A program made the translations under genes and the position numbers. From the IMG/VR virus record IMGVR_UViG_3300018416_001797, positions 1 through 29,734 of that record: a stretch of 29,734 nucleotides of DNA, one strand, 5' to 3'. Positions within the stretch are counted from its first letter, which is position 1. The number at the start of each line of letters is the position of its first letter. Source of the stretch: a virus. Taxonomy: Duplodnaviria; Caudoviricetes. Under the pieces are notes generated by a model that saw only the letters and a list, made by a program, of their open reading frames with translations, was not told the origin of the DNA and did no database searches. This document shows, one piece after another, positions 15,234 through 25,469 of the stretch.

Positions 15234-16858
15234 ATGTTGACCGTAAGTCCTTTATCTTTTAGGATTTTTTGGTTTTGTCCTGCTAACAGACTACTCTTAA
15301 TTGCCTCACCTATAGTGTTCGACTCGATCAGATCCAATAAAATCTGTCTAGCACCTAAATTGTGCTGATCTCTGCCTATACTAGGTAATTGTTCTGCGAA
15401 AGATAATGCGATTGCCTTACTGGAAGAAAAATTAGTTGTATCTATATCAACTTTGGTTAGAAGTGCTTTCGAGTCGAAAACTTGTTTGCCTATGGCGTCC
15501 CAGTTGTTATATATTGTTTCTGACGCCTGTCTCAATTCTAAACTTCCAATAGATAGAAATGACCTAAGGTTGTTATAATAGGTGTCAAGTGCTGTTTCTA
15601 TAGCCGCAATAGCTAGAGCTTTACTAGCATACGATCCTGCTCCTACCCCAGTTACAACATAAGGTGCTCCGCCGGCATCAGCGGCAACGCTTATTATATT
15701 ATCATAGCCTGCTATAATGTTAACTCCGTCAGAACTTGCCGAAACCACTGCTAGAGCTGTAACAATCTCATCTAATCTATTTTGTAAGTATGTTCCTGAT
15801 ACAGGACCTAATATATCTCTCACAGTTGCTTGTCCATACACCCCATCTCCTGTGCCAACCTGTGCAAGTATTGTATCTGTAGTATCTGTGGGTAATGTTA
15901 AGGTTATATTATCTAAATTAGATAATGCTCCTGGTGTTACTAACGATTTTATAAGATCCCCTAACTCAATATTACTTCTTATTCTTATTCTGTTAAACTT
16001 TGTAAGTGCTTGGGCTACTTCTGTGTAACTGCTAAAGTTTATATTATCATATGACGTCAATAAACTCTTCTTAGGGTTTAAAACATCTGCCAATGTCCTT
16101 ACTCTAGGGTTATTAGCAAACTCAAATCCTTTTCTAAATTCGTCATTAATGTTTATATTGTCTAAAAGACTGTAAAAGAAGTCCTCATATGATGTGTTGT
16201 ACCAGTCTATGTCTGTAGACAAGTCGAGTGACGATATAAAGTCCTCTAATGGCTGAGCTAGGCCAAGTTCGTTGTCTATAACAAGTTTAGCCAGGCCTCT
16301 TGCAGTACCAAACAACTCTAGATCCTTATAATCAAATATGTTGCCTAGCCCTATAATGTCCTCGCCAAAATTATTAAGGTTATCTTGTGTGTTTACTATT
16401 AGGAATCCTGTCAGACCTGCTGTTACAGTATCACTTTGGACATTAACTTTAGCACCATGATCTTCTAGGTTCGTATAATTTAGTGTACTAATGTTATCCA
16501 TGGTATTGAAAACTGAGGTAGCGTAACCATTCGATTGTATTAGAAACTGTAGGAAACCTGTATGATCACCACTTGCAAACAACGTTGTAGCGTATGTGTA
16601 GTAAGCAGAGCGTAAACTAGATGTAGGTGTTACAGTAGTGTAGGCACTAGGCACATTACCAACAAGTCCTGGCATAATGTCATTACCTAAGTCGCTTATG
16701 TCGACACCTACGCCATCGGCATCTGAGATTGCTTGTTGCGCTTTAGAAATAATGTTGGTGTTTGCATATTCTGTAAACAGGGTGTTCACAAAACTATTGT
16801 CTAGTCCTTGGTCTTGAACTAGACCTCTTGCGGCAATGATCGCTAGGTGCTGTGACAT
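15230..16858 (-). CDS. Hypothetical protein, probably virion/baseplate-associated
   Basis: 542-aa ORF directly downstream of the PAAR gene. Function inferred from position only. Confidence 0.55.
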   Translation of the reverse strand: MSQHLAIIAARGLVQDQGLDNSFVNTLFTEYANTNIISKAQQAISDADGVGVDISDLGNDIMPGLVGNVPSAYTTVTPTSSLRSAYYTYATTLFASGDHTGFLQFLIQSNGYATSVFNTMDNISTLNYTNLEDHGAKVNVQSDTVTAGLTGFLIVNTQDNLNNFGEDIIGLGNIFDYKDLELFGTARGLAKLVIDNELGLAQPLEDFISSLDLSTDIDWYNTSYEDFFYSLLDNININDEFRKGFEFANNPRVRTLADVLNPKKSLLTSYDNINFSSYTEVAQALTKFNRIRIRSNIELGDLIKSLVTPGALSNLDNITLTLPTDTTDTILAQVGTGDGVYGQATVRDILGPVSGTYLQNRLDEIVTALAVVSASSDGVNIIAGYDNIISVAADAGGAPYVVTGVGAGSYASKALAIAAIETALDTYYNNLRSFLSIGSLELRQASETIYNNWDAIGKQVFDSKALLTKVDIDTTNFSSSKAIALSFAEQLPSIGRDQHNLGARQILLDLIESNTIGEAIKSSLLAGQNQKILKDKGLTVNI

Positions 16859-16861
16859 CTA

Positions 16862-17149
16862 TTACCCACCACAGATTACTGTGGATTCTCCTGTGGCGTT
16901 ATTGTGTCCACAGTTATTTGCGTCGCCTATACGAGTTACACCTCTACCACCAGCAAACACAGTGCCACTATGCCCCACTACTACAGGAGCACAATGAGGT
17001 GCACCTACAGGAATACACGCCGCATCTGGTGTTAAGACTGATCCCTTAACAGCGCAGGCGTTTCCGCTTATTATTACATTTTCAATTACATTAGACTGTA
17101 TTACACCATTTGCAGTATTAATGTCACTTCGTCTGGATACTGGCGGCAC
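16862..17149 (-). CDS. PAAR-like spike tip protein
   Basis: PVSR..D, H..P....GH.GTVFAGG.GV.RIGD...CGH....GE.TV..GG. Confidence 0.85.
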   Translation of the reverse strand: MPPVSRRSDINTANGVIQSNVIENVIISGNACAVKGSVLTPDAACIPVGAPHCAPVVVGHSGTVFAGGRGVTRIGDANNCGHNNATGESTVICGG

Positions 17150-17450
17150 TTACATCTCCTTTGGCTATCTGTATACCCGATGTGCCTTGTATATAACTAT
17201 CAGCGGCGTCTTTGGCAGTAGTACCATGAAACACAATATGCTGATTTTTTAGCACTACTGTATTTATTTGCGCTGTCATGCCCATTGGTATCAAAGCCAT
17301 TCCTTGTTGACTTGGCATCAGTGAGAGAGGTTTTTCTACTTCAAACCCTTCTTCTTTACACTCTACAATTCTAGCAATACATTCCTGTCCTGTTACTAAC
17401 ATGAAAGTTACAATATCACCTTTGTCGTACTGTGGTTTGTTAATTAGCAT
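17124..17450 (-). CDS. Hypothetical protein (Sm-like beta fold suspected)
   Basis: GDIVTF.L.TG.E.IAR...KPL.L...TSGI pattern, typical of small conserved proteins of large phages. Confidence 0.55.
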   Translation of the reverse strand: MLINKPQYDKGDIVTFMLVTGQECIARIVECKEEGFEVEKPLSLMPSQQGMALIPMGMTAQINTVVLKNQHIVFHGTTAKDAADSYIQGTSGIQIAKGDVSAASIQTK

Positions 17451-17700
17451 TTAGTTCCTCAATTCTCTGTTTAATAACTTCTAATGGTGCTTTTGCAAGT
17501 CCTTGGTAACCACCTTCTACAAGTAGTTGTCCTTTTACATACAGTTGTGGCACTGTCTTGTGACCCTCTGCTAAAACAAACTGCTTTGCTGATGAGTCTT
17601 TAATAATATTAACTTCCTCGTATGGGATGTCGTTTTTCTCCAGTAGTGCCTTTGCCTGAGAGCAGAAAGGACAATGGTCTTTTGTATATAATGTAATCAT
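17440..17700 (-). CDS. Glutaredoxin
   Basis: CPFC active site, TVPQ and GGY; in the nrdAB operon. Confidence 0.93.
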   Translation of the reverse strand: MITLYTKDHCPFCSQAKALLEKNDIPYEEVNIIKDSSAKQFVLAEGHKTVPQLYVKGQLLVEGGYQGLAKAPLEVIKQRIEELNAN

Positions 17701-18563
17701 AAGAATTTTTTCACCTTTTCAAATACTTCATCAAAGTTTGTAATAACTTCTTCGTTGTTATCGAACACAATGCTGTCCTCTAAATTAGGACAAGCATCAC
17801 ATATACAGTTGTATTCGTCTGCTGAGCAGTCAGCAATATTGTCGATATGTGTGTAAGTATAACGCTTTTGTTCCATAAGAGCAACATCACGTTGCGTCAT
17901 AATCCAGTTACCTAGTAGCTCGTACTCACTAAACCATTTAATGTTTGGTGTAGGAACACTGTCTGGATCTTCAGGAACATTATTAATTATCGCATCAAAA
18001 GGATCGCAGTTATTTCTTTCAATAAGAGCGTGTTTAAGTTTCAGCCAGTCCTCTTTATAAACAGGCATAAACTCTGTGACAAAACTATGAGGTACTTGAC
18101 GTTCTATACCTAATGCATTTTGTAACACTTGGTAGTAACCCGGACTGTGTGTTTCGTTAGGCAGTATAAAATACTTGAGTAAGTCACCTTCCCATAAGTT
18201 GTACGGGTTTATACAAAATGTATCAGGGTCTTGTATGAGGATTACGTCTGCATCTATGTAATCTAGACTAGCAAGTTTGAGTGCTTGTTGATATAACCAA
18301 CTATTGCGATAGTCTCCAGGGATCCACCAGTTACGCACAGATGGATATAGACTATCCATCTCACCATCAAACACATATTTAAATTCTGATGTGTCTAGGT
18401 ACTTAGATAAAACTCTATCTAAAAATGGATTGTCTTCTGTAGTTTCACAATTTGTGAATATGTACGTTTCGTCTATACCCTGGATATAGTGGTCAAACTG
18501 TAAACTTAAGCAAGTATGTGGTATTCTATAGTGTGCAACAAATAACGCTCGTGCAACCTTCAC
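17697..18563 (-). CDS. Hypothetical protein, GT-A/DUF6492-like
   Basis: W..QQ.LKL, QDPD (DxD), FVTEFM and FSEYELLGN motifs. Confidence 0.55.
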   Translation of the reverse strand: MKVARALFVAHYRIPHTCLSLQFDHYIQGIDETYIFTNCETTEDNPFLDRVLSKYLDTSEFKYVFDGEMDSLYPSVRNWWIPGDYRNSWLYQQALKLASLDYIDADVILIQDPDTFCINPYNLWEGDLLKYFILPNETHSPGYYQVLQNALGIERQVPHSFVTEFMPVYKEDWLKLKHALIERNNCDPFDAIINNVPEDPDSVPTPNIKWFSEYELLGNWIMTQRDVALMEQKRYTYTHIDNIADCSADEYNCICDACPNLEDSIVFDNNEEVITNFDEVFEKVKKFL

Positions 18564-19690
18564 AAAGTCATACCTTTGAAGGTATCTCCGTCAACGTCTT
18601 GTTTTGTGCCACCAATTACATAACTACTAAGTTCTACTTCTTGTGGTGCTACTTGTACTTCAGCACCAGCAATCCACTTCTGTGTCCACGGCAGAGGATT
18701 GCTTTGTCCTACTCTGTATGGCGACTCTACACCAATAGCAGTCATGCGCTTGTTGGCTAGCCATTCAACATAGTCTGTAAGTAGTTGCTTGTTAAGACCA
18801 ATCATTGATCCGTCTTTAAACAAGTATTCTGCCCAAGCAGTTTCTTGTTCTACAGCATCTGTAAATATTTTCTGTATTTCTTGTTCGCACTCTTTCTTAA
18901 TCTTAGCAAAGTCTTTGTCATCTGTTGGCAGTAACTTTAACAATGCTTGGGTACTTGCAAGGTGTACATTTTCATCACGAGCAATAAACTTAATAATTTT
19001 AGCATTGCCTTCCATTTTTTTAAGTTCAGCAAATGCCCAACTACATGCAAATGAAACGTAGAAGCGAATACCTTCTAATGCGTTAACACTATTGAGAGCA
19101 AGCCATAGTTTCTTCTTAAGTTCGTACTTGTCTATCTTATATGACTTTCCATTTACTGTATGGTCGCCTTCGCCTAATAGGCTATAAAACTGTGAGTAGG
19201 TAATAAGATCATCGTAGTACCCTGTAATCGCTTCTGCGCAGGTCACAATCTCATTAATATCAGTTAGCCCATCGAATACTTTTGCAGGATCGCTATACAC
19301 ATTACGAATAATATGTGTGTAACTACGACTGTGAATAGTTTCGTTAAATGCCCAAGTCTCTATCCAGGTTTCAAGTTCTGGAATTGTGCATAGAGGCAAA
19401 AATGCTAGATTAGGCGAGCGACCTTGTACACTGTCTAATAGGATTTGTCTTTTAAGGTTACTGGTAAAGATGTGTTGCTCATGCGCAGTTAAGTCTTTAA
19501 AGTCTTTGGCATCACGCATGACATCAACTTCTTCTGGTCTCCAAAAGAAACCTAACTGTTTGTCTGTAAGTTTTTCAAACTGTCTGTACTTTACTGTATC
19601 GTATCGTTGTATACCACTACCACCTTTTGGATCCAAGAAAGCCAATGCCTTAAGGTGGTTGTTGTTTTTCTGAATGTTAAAAACGCTCAT
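18560..19690 (-). CDS. nrdB: Ribonucleoside-diphosphate reductase class Ia beta subunit
   Basis: FFWRPEEV, QILLDSVQGR, ETIHSRSYTHI, LEGIRFYVSF, DENVH, VAPQEVE..SY. Confidence 0.97.
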   Translation of the reverse strand: MSVFNIQKNNNHLKALAFLDPKGGSGIQRYDTVKYRQFEKLTDKQLGFFWRPEEVDVMRDAKDFKDLTAHEQHIFTSNLKRQILLDSVQGRSPNLAFLPLCTIPELETWIETWAFNETIHSRSYTHIIRNVYSDPAKVFDGLTDINEIVTCAEAITGYYDDLITYSQFYSLLGEGDHTVNGKSYKIDKYELKKKLWLALNSVNALEGIRFYVSFACSWAFAELKKMEGNAKIIKFIARDENVHLASTQALLKLLPTDDKDFAKIKKECEQEIQKIFTDAVEQETAWAEYLFKDGSMIGLNKQLLTDYVEWLANKRMTAIGVESPYRVGQSNPLPWTQKWIAGAEVQVAPQEVELSSYVIGGTKQDVDGDTFKGMTL

Positions 19691-19699
19691 TATTATATC

Positions 19700-21991
19700 C
19701 TATATTACGCAACTCTCACAGGCTTCGTCGTCGACTTCACCGGGTTGCAGTTCCTCTAACTTATTCACATCTATTTCACCTTGACCATCATAGGTGTTGA
19801 AATAGTATAACTGCTTGCCACCATACTTGTAAAACATCATTAGATGCTTTAACATGTCGCTCATTGGTATCTTTTCATCTTCGTACCACTGTGGATTGTA
19901 ACTGGTATTAACACTAATACCCTGATCGATATACTTCTGTAGAACTGCCATAATCTTCAAGTAACCACTTGGGTCTCTTTGATCCCATAACAATTCGTAT
20001 TTATTTTTTAGTCTGCGATACTCAGGTACCACTTGTTTTAACACACCGTCTTTACTTTGTTTTACACTAACATAACTGCGTGGTGGCTCAATGCCGTTAG
20101 TAGCATTACTAATCTGTGCAGATGTTTCTGCAGGCATAAGTGCCATTAGTGTAGCGTTTCTAATGCCATGCTGTTTAATCTCTTTGCGTAGGTAGTCCCA
20201 GTCAAACTGTCTTTGCTTGGGCTCTACTAATTCGTCAACATCACGTTTGTATGTGTCAATAGGAAGTATGCCATCTGCATACTTCAAGTTATCAAAGCCT
20301 TCACACTTACCTTGTTCTTTGGCAAGTTCCATACTGGATCTAATTAAGTAATAACTCCAGGCTTCTGCGTACTGGTCTACTAGCTCTAGTGCTTTGGGAT
20401 CACTATAACTTGTATCGTTCTTTGCTAACCAGTATGCTAAATTAATGATACCAACACCTAATGGTCTGTATTCACGTGTGGCTTCTTCTGCCGCTCGTAC
20501 TGGATATCCTTGATAACTTAGTAGTGCATCTAGTCCACGTACTGCTAGTCTACAAGGCTTCTCAAAATCTTCTGGAGATTTAATTGCACCCCAGTTGATA
20601 GCACTCAGTGTACATAGGGCAATCCTACCTTCTGGATCCTCAAAACTTGTAAGTGGTTTAGTTGGCAAGTCGATTTCGCAACATAAGTTACTTTGTTTAA
20701 TTGGTGCTACTTCTTGCTTGAACGGTGAATGTGTATTTGCATGATCCACGTTCATTAAGTAGACACGCCCTGTGTCTTTACGCTCCTGCATAAAGGCAGT
20801 AAACAAATCAATTGCTTTGATCTTCTTCTTGCGAATGCTTGTCTTACGCTCTGCCTGCTCATATAACTCTTTAAACCGGTCTGCGTTAGCATAGAATGCT
20901 TCGTACATTTCCGGTACATCATTGGGCGAAAACAGGGTAATATCTCCCCCTTGGATAAGCCTTTCGTACATTAATTTGTTAAACTGAACGCCATAATCCA
21001 TGTGGCGTACTCTATTGTCCTCTGTGCCTTTATTGTTCTTTAAAACTAATAAATCTTCTACTTCCAAGTGCCAGATAGGATAATATAGTGTTGCCGCTCC
21101 GCCACGCACACCACCTTGGCTACATGATTTAACAGCACTTTGGAATAACTTGTAAAACGGAATAACGCCTGTGTGATAAGCATCACCGTTACGCACTGGC
21201 GAATTAATAGCACGGATACGTCCCGCACCAATACCAATGCCTGCTTTTTGTGATACGTATTTTACAATAGCACTGGCTGTTGCGTTAATGCTGTCTAAAC
21301 TGTCATCAGTTTCTACTAGCACACAACTACTAAATTGTTTTTGTGGTGTACGCACACCTGCCATAACAGGAGTAGGCAAACTAATTAAGTGGTTACTGAT
21401 AGCATCGTAGTAATCATGTACCCACTGTAGTCTATCCTTTTCGTAGTCTTGGAATAGTGTTGCCGCAATTAAAATATATGCAACTTGTGGTGTTTCGTAT
21501 AACTGTTTTGTTACACGGTTTTGTACTAGGTACTTGCCTCTAAATTGTTCCATAGCAACGTATGTGAAGTGTTCATCACGCTCGTGCTTGATGTAACTGT
21601 CTAACTTTGCCCACTCTTCTTCAGTATATGCTTCTAGCAGTCCGCTGTCGTAATAACCACGTTCTACATTTTTCTTTACAATGTCAATCAGTGTCCAAGG
21701 CTCGTACTCGTTGTAAACTTGTTTTCTAATATGATAGTTAATTAATCTACCAGCAACATACTGATAGTTAGGTGTCTCTTCTGAAATTAAATCTGCCGCA
21801 CTTTTAATAAGTGTTTCTTGAATGTCGGCTGTTTTTATTCCATCATAAAATTGTAAACTGGATTTAATTTCTACTTCGCTTGCGCTTACACCTGTAATGC
21901 CTTCAGTTGCCCACATGACAACTTTGTGCATCTTCTCGATGTTTAAGGGCTCTTTGTGTCCCTCTCTTTTAGTAACTAAGATTTCGCTCAT
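19700..21991 (-). CDS. nrdA: Ribonucleoside-diphosphate reductase class Ia alpha subunit (with ATP cone)
   Basis: VTKREG ATP cone, QFSSCVL, QGGVRGG, SNLCCEI, ALCTLSA, LYY and C-terminal CESC. Confidence 0.97.
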   Translation of the reverse strand: MSEILVTKREGHKEPLNIEKMHKVVMWATEGITGVSASEVEIKSSLQFYDGIKTADIQETLIKSAADLISEETPNYQYVAGRLINYHIRKQVYNEYEPWTLIDIVKKNVERGYYDSGLLEAYTEEEWAKLDSYIKHERDEHFTYVAMEQFRGKYLVQNRVTKQLYETPQVAYILIAATLFQDYEKDRLQWVHDYYDAISNHLISLPTPVMAGVRTPQKQFSSCVLVETDDSLDSINATASAIVKYVSQKAGIGIGAGRIRAINSPVRNGDAYHTGVIPFYKLFQSAVKSCSQGGVRGGAATLYYPIWHLEVEDLLVLKNNKGTEDNRVRHMDYGVQFNKLMYERLIQGGDITLFSPNDVPEMYEAFYANADRFKELYEQAERKTSIRKKKIKAIDLFTAFMQERKDTGRVYLMNVDHANTHSPFKQEVAPIKQSNLCCEIDLPTKPLTSFEDPEGRIALCTLSAINWGAIKSPEDFEKPCRLAVRGLDALLSYQGYPVRAAEEATREYRPLGVGIINLAYWLAKNDTSYSDPKALELVDQYAEAWSYYLIRSSMELAKEQGKCEGFDNLKYADGILPIDTYKRDVDELVEPKQRQFDWDYLRKEIKQHGIRNATLMALMPAETSAQISNATNGIEPPRSYVSVKQSKDGVLKQVVPEYRRLKNKYELLWDQRDPSGYLKIMAVLQKYIDQGISVNTSYNPQWYEDEKIPMSDMLKHLMMFYKYGGKQLYYFNTYDGQGEIDVNKLEELQPGEVDDEACESCVI

Positions 21992-21998
21992 TGATTCC

Positions 21999-22448
21999 TC
22001 ATAGGTATTGTTCTAGTTGTAGGTCCTTAGCGAAGTATTGACACATCACTCTTAAATCTGGACTAACATGTTTTTTATTTACTATCTCCATCCACTCGTA
22101 ATTAAGTATATATTTTCCATCGTCAATCGATACTATATAGCGATACTCTCCGTTCTCAAGCCCTATCTCAACACTATATGTATGTTCATTATGTCCGCTT
22201 AGATACAAAGTATATAGGATTCCAAGACACTTTGCAAGTTCATCATAGCCAGAGTCTTCTAACAATTCCCAAGGGTCTGGCCACATCTTTGTAGAAGTGT
22301 AATCCATCCAGTTACTAATAATAGGAGCATAAGACCACAACTCTAACGTGTCCTTAAGTGCTTGCTCGAAAGGTTTGTTTTCTATTTGATGTCTAAAGGC
22401 AGCCCATTCACGGATGCGCTCCGAAGACTTTTGGTACTGCCAAATCAT
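21999..22448 (-). CDS. Hypothetical protein
   Basis: 149-aa coupled ORF with a WPDPWELL motif; weak resemblance to transglutaminase-like proteins. Confidence 0.55.
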   Translation of the reverse strand: MIWQYQKSSERIREWAAFRHQIENKPFEQALKDTLELWSYAPIISNWMDYTSTKMWPDPWELLEDSGYDELAKCLGILYTLYLSGHNEHTYSVEIGLENGEYRYIVSIDDGKYILNYEWMEIVNKKHVSPDLRVMCQYFAKDLQLEQYL

Positions 22449-24031
22449 TAATAAAGATATCTAATTGAGTATTTCATTGTGGCATTGTTGCCAGTTGATG
22501 TTGTTGCATAGTTAATGGTACTTGTGTTAGTAGCAAATGTAACTGTTAGTGTTACACCCGTTGATGAGTCTTCTGAGAAGTCATCGCTATAACCAACACT
22601 TGTACCGTGACCTATTCTTAATGTTCCTGTTCTGTATGTTGTGCCACGTACAATGCTATAATCTATAATAGCACCGTGTGTATATTTGCTGTCAGCAAGA
22701 GTAATACCTGTTGTTGTAGTAGATGTGTTATCAAGTAAAGTTACTGACTTGCCTGCTTCTTGTCTGTGCGCACCGTACTGAATACTGTGATCAGCAATTA
22801 TACCGTAACTTGATAAGTTATTACTTTGTATTCGAGGTTGGACAAGATCATCTGTGTCGTTTCTTTCGAAATGATCACCTATGCTGTAATTGCCTGCAGA
22901 TGCAAACTGTATTACTGGAGCCGTCTGGTTACCCGCACCATTGTAAGTGTTTCCTACTTCATAGAAATAGTTGAATGCTGATACTATATGTTTGATTGTA
23001 GAGTAAGTATGTATAGCACTATTAGATATTCTATCAAAATGGCTATGTGAAACTTTTAGTCCTCTTGGTCCTTCGTCCTGTGGTGAAGATCCTGTTAAAT
23101 TCTCACCTACTTTAATGCCTTTGAAAAGCTCATCAAAGTGACTTGCGTTAATTACTATGTTTCTACAATTATAGTCTAATTCTAAACCAAATGTGTTATT
23201 AGTAAAGTAACAGTTTTCAAAAGTAATATGTTGACTAATTAAAACGGCTGTGGACTCAATCAATACGTTTGCTTTTGCATCTGTAACAGTGGTAGGTAAT
23301 GTTAAGTTACCTTTAAACTTAACGTCATCAAAATGAACATGTTGTGCAGAACTAAGTAGAGCAACATGGTTTGTTGTGCTATTCCAAAATGTACAACCAG
23401 ATACTTCAATATACTGTGGTCTTGTGGCGGCGTTTGTAGCAATACCAGCATCTGTCTGTTGTAGACTATCTGCTAATTTAAAAACGTAATCTTCGCCACT
23501 GTCTGTTTGTTTAATAATTGTTGACTCTGCACCTTCACCAACAATCTTAGCGTAGGTTGGAATCTTAACAACATCACCAGTGATCTTGTAAACGCCTGCC
23601 GGAAAGTATAATGCTCTACGAATTTCTTCATTTACTTCTAAACAATATAACTGATATAACGCTCTGTTGATGGCTGCTGTGTCGTCTGTGGTTCCATCTC
23701 CCACGGCACCAAAATCTCGCACACTTACGAAGTCATCAAACTTACGTTGTAGTGTTCTCTCTATGGGAGAACTAGAACTTGTGCCGGTTGTTACTGTATA
23801 GCCAGCGGCTTCGCCTTTGTATGTGTATGTTTGGCTTGTGTTTAGTAAGTCACTAAACTCTGTAAGGATCTCTGTGTTACCCAATATAGGTGCACCTTCT
23901 TCAAGTGTACCATTACCAATGTATAGTTTTCTATTGTCTACTGACCAACCAAGTTCAGCCGCTGATAGTTGTGGTAAGTTATCTGAAGTTCCACGTCTAT
24001 GTTGTATGCGGGATATTTGTAATATTGCCAC
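22448..24031 (-). CDS. Tail fibre/spike-like virion protein with pectate-lyase-3-type beta-helix
   Basis: N-terminal IQHRRG...L..AELG...D..KLYIGNG module, VSVRDFGAVGDGTTDDTAAINRA, LYFPAGVY and beta-helix repeats. TAAATA at 24067-24062. Confidence 0.8.
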   Translation of the reverse strand: MAILQISRIQHRRGTSDNLPQLSAAELGWSVDNRKLYIGNGTLEEGAPILGNTEILTEFSDLLNTSQTYTYKGEAAGYTVTTGTSSSSPIERTLQRKFDDFVSVRDFGAVGDGTTDDTAAINRALYQLYCLEVNEEIRRALYFPAGVYKITGDVVKIPTYAKIVGEGAESTIIKQTDSGEDYVFKLADSLQQTDAGIATNAATRPQYIEVSGCTFWNSTTNHVALLSSAQHVHFDDVKFKGNLTLPTTVTDAKANVLIESTAVLISQHITFENCYFTNNTFGLELDYNCRNIVINASHFDELFKGIKVGENLTGSSPQDEGPRGLKVSHSHFDRISNSAIHTYSTIKHIVSAFNYFYEVGNTYNGAGNQTAPVIQFASAGNYSIGDHFERNDTDDLVQPRIQSNNLSSYGIIADHSIQYGAHRQEAGKSVTLLDNTSTTTTGITLADSKYTHGAIIDYSIVRGTTYRTGTLRIGHGTSVGYSDDFSEDSSTGVTLTVTFATNTSTINYATTSTGNNATMKYSIRYLY

Positions 24032-24060
24032 GTTTAGAGTCCTTAATAAATGTGTTTTAC

Positions 24061-24735
24061 TTATTTATTATAAAATTGCTCTACTCTATCCCACCATTTG
24101 TTTTTCCAGAACTCTAATTCGTCACCTTCTATCTCAAACTGTTGGTAGGTTAGATCTCTGCTACACATTAGAATTACACCACGCTTTATTTTAGTTTCGT
24201 GTATTTTATCGTGGGCGCAAATATACGCACTTAATTGCAGGAAGTAATCCTCAATCCATTCACGTTTTTTAGGCTTATTAGATTGCTTAAAATCGAGAAC
24301 AGCAGGCTCACCTTTAAACATACCCACACAGTCTGTAGTGCCTGCATAGAGTCCTGAGTAGTATAAAGGTACTTCAACACCCCAACACTCATTCATGTCT
24401 TTTAAGCCAGTGTCAATTACTACACGAGCCATCTTATCTGCTTGCTGTTGTATTAGGTTACTGCCTGGTTTGTCTAGTGTGCCTAGACAATACTCTTCCA
24501 GTTTCTTGTGCATTACTGTACCAACATTGGCGGCTTCAGTAACAATCTGTTGCGCCTTGGCTTCGCCTACACGTTTTTTCCAGTTAAGTAGTGCCTGCAT
24601 CTTTTCAGCAGGTTTAGTTTTGTCGAGAATAGTAGTTACAGATGGAACAGCATCTCCCTCTGGTGTGAGGTAATGTCTTTTTCCGTCTATGTTTTTCCTA
24701 CTGATTGTTTTGTATTCGTAGCGTTCTGTTATCAT
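24061..24735 (-). CDS. PD-(D/E)XK exonuclease (Cas4/MGME1-like phage family)
   Basis: PSVTTIL, GT.MH..LE, E...YAGTTD, DFKQS and YFLQL.AY. Confidence 0.88.
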   Translation of the reverse strand: MITERYEYKTISRKNIDGKRHYLTPEGDAVPSVTTILDKTKPAEKMQALLNWKKRVGEAKAQQIVTEAANVGTVMHKKLEEYCLGTLDKPGSNLIQQQADKMARVVIDTGLKDMNECWGVEVPLYYSGLYAGTTDCVGMFKGEPAVLDFKQSNKPKKREWIEDYFLQLSAYICAHDKIHETKIKRGVILMCSRDLTYQQFEIEGDELEFWKNKWWDRVEQFYNK

Positions 24736-24738
24736 TGA

Positions 24739-25098
24739 TTACCAGGTAATTTGCCAATAAAGCTCAGTACCTGTTGTTGATTTGCGGACAATATCATATC
24801 CTAGTTTTTGAAAATGCGAGATGACTTCTGCCATCTGCTCGGTTTTTACTGCGTCAGTTGTTGTACCTTGCCAGGCTGTATAGTATGCTCGCCCAGTTGA
24901 ATCAGCATTGGTCATTACGCTACCAGTAATAGTAGTACCGTTAATAGTAACAGTAGTTGAACTTGTAGCAGTTATAGTGAATACACCTGAACTAATTGCG
25001 CTTAGTACACGTTGTGTTAAGATTGCAATCTCGCCTGCAACTACTGCGTTGCCTTGCGATTGTTCACGTGCGTTTGCTGATGTAGGTAAAAATGCCAT
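24739..25098 (-). CDS. Hypothetical protein, probably virion structural
   Basis: Thr-rich with terminal Trp; AGGA SD and tandem TAAATA at 25126-25117. Confidence 0.55.
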   Translation of the reverse strand: MAFLPTSANAREQSQGNAVVAGEIAILTQRVLSAISSGVFTITATSSTTVTINGTTITGSVMTNADSTGRAYYTAWQGTTTDAVKTEQMAEVISHFQKLGYDIVRKSTTGTELYWQITW

Positions 25099-25119
25099 GC
25101 TAGTAATCCTTTAGTGTAT

Positions 25120-25434
25120 TTATTTAAAAGTAACACTTTCTCCACATCCACAACTTGCTATTTCATTTGGGTTTAGGAATACTAGTTTATTGTTAAGTCC
25201 TTGTACTTGCATGTCAACTGTTGTGCCGTCAAGCCAGTCCTCATGCTCAGGCTTCCAAGTATATGTTATTTCACCTTGCTTGCTAACTTTATACCCTTCT
25301 GGTACTCCATCTAGCCAGTCAAGTTGGTAACTATAGCCTGTACAGCCTTCTTGTTTAAAACTTATTTGTAGTGTTTTGTTGTCGCCTACGTACTTGTAAA
25401 AGTGATCGTATGCTTTAGGTGTGAATGTAATCAT
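25120..25434 (-). CDS. Fe-S cluster assembly A-type carrier (IscA/HesB family)
   Basis: GCTGYSY, LDGTTVD, F.NPN...SCGCGES; all three Cys present. Confidence 0.9.
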   Translation of the reverse strand: MITFTPKAYDHFYKYVGDNKTLQISFKQEGCTGYSYQLDWLDGVPEGYKVSKQGEITYTWKPEHEDWLDGTTVDMQVQGLNNKLVFLNPNEIASCGCGESVTFK

Positions 25435-25440
25435 GTTTTT

Positions 25441-25469
25441 ATTATAACAGATTACTGTCTACGATTCAA
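25441..25469 (-). promoter_or_regulatory. sigma70 extended -10 promoter, probably giving a leaderless iscA-like mRNA
   Basis: TTGAAT, 17 nt ending in TGT, then TATAAT, then 6 nt and the ATG. No SD. Confidence 0.75.

Noticed and set aside
16862-17149. PAAR gene as part of a type VI secretion system
   Set aside because: No T6SS genes are present; PAAR is the normal spike tip of contractile-tailed phages.
18560-21991. Introns, inteins or homing endonucleases in nrdA/nrdB
   Set aside because: Both ORFs are uninterrupted and of normal length.
22448-24031. Tail protein with an Mtd-N-like N-terminus as a possible diversity-generating retroelement target
   Set aside because: No reverse transcriptase and no TR/VR repeat pair is visible in the window.
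24061-24735. Cas4-like nuclease as evidence of a CRISPR system
   Set aside because: No repeat-spacer array or other cas genes, and the four-Cys Fe-S pattern is not evident. This is a common stand-alone phage exonuclease.
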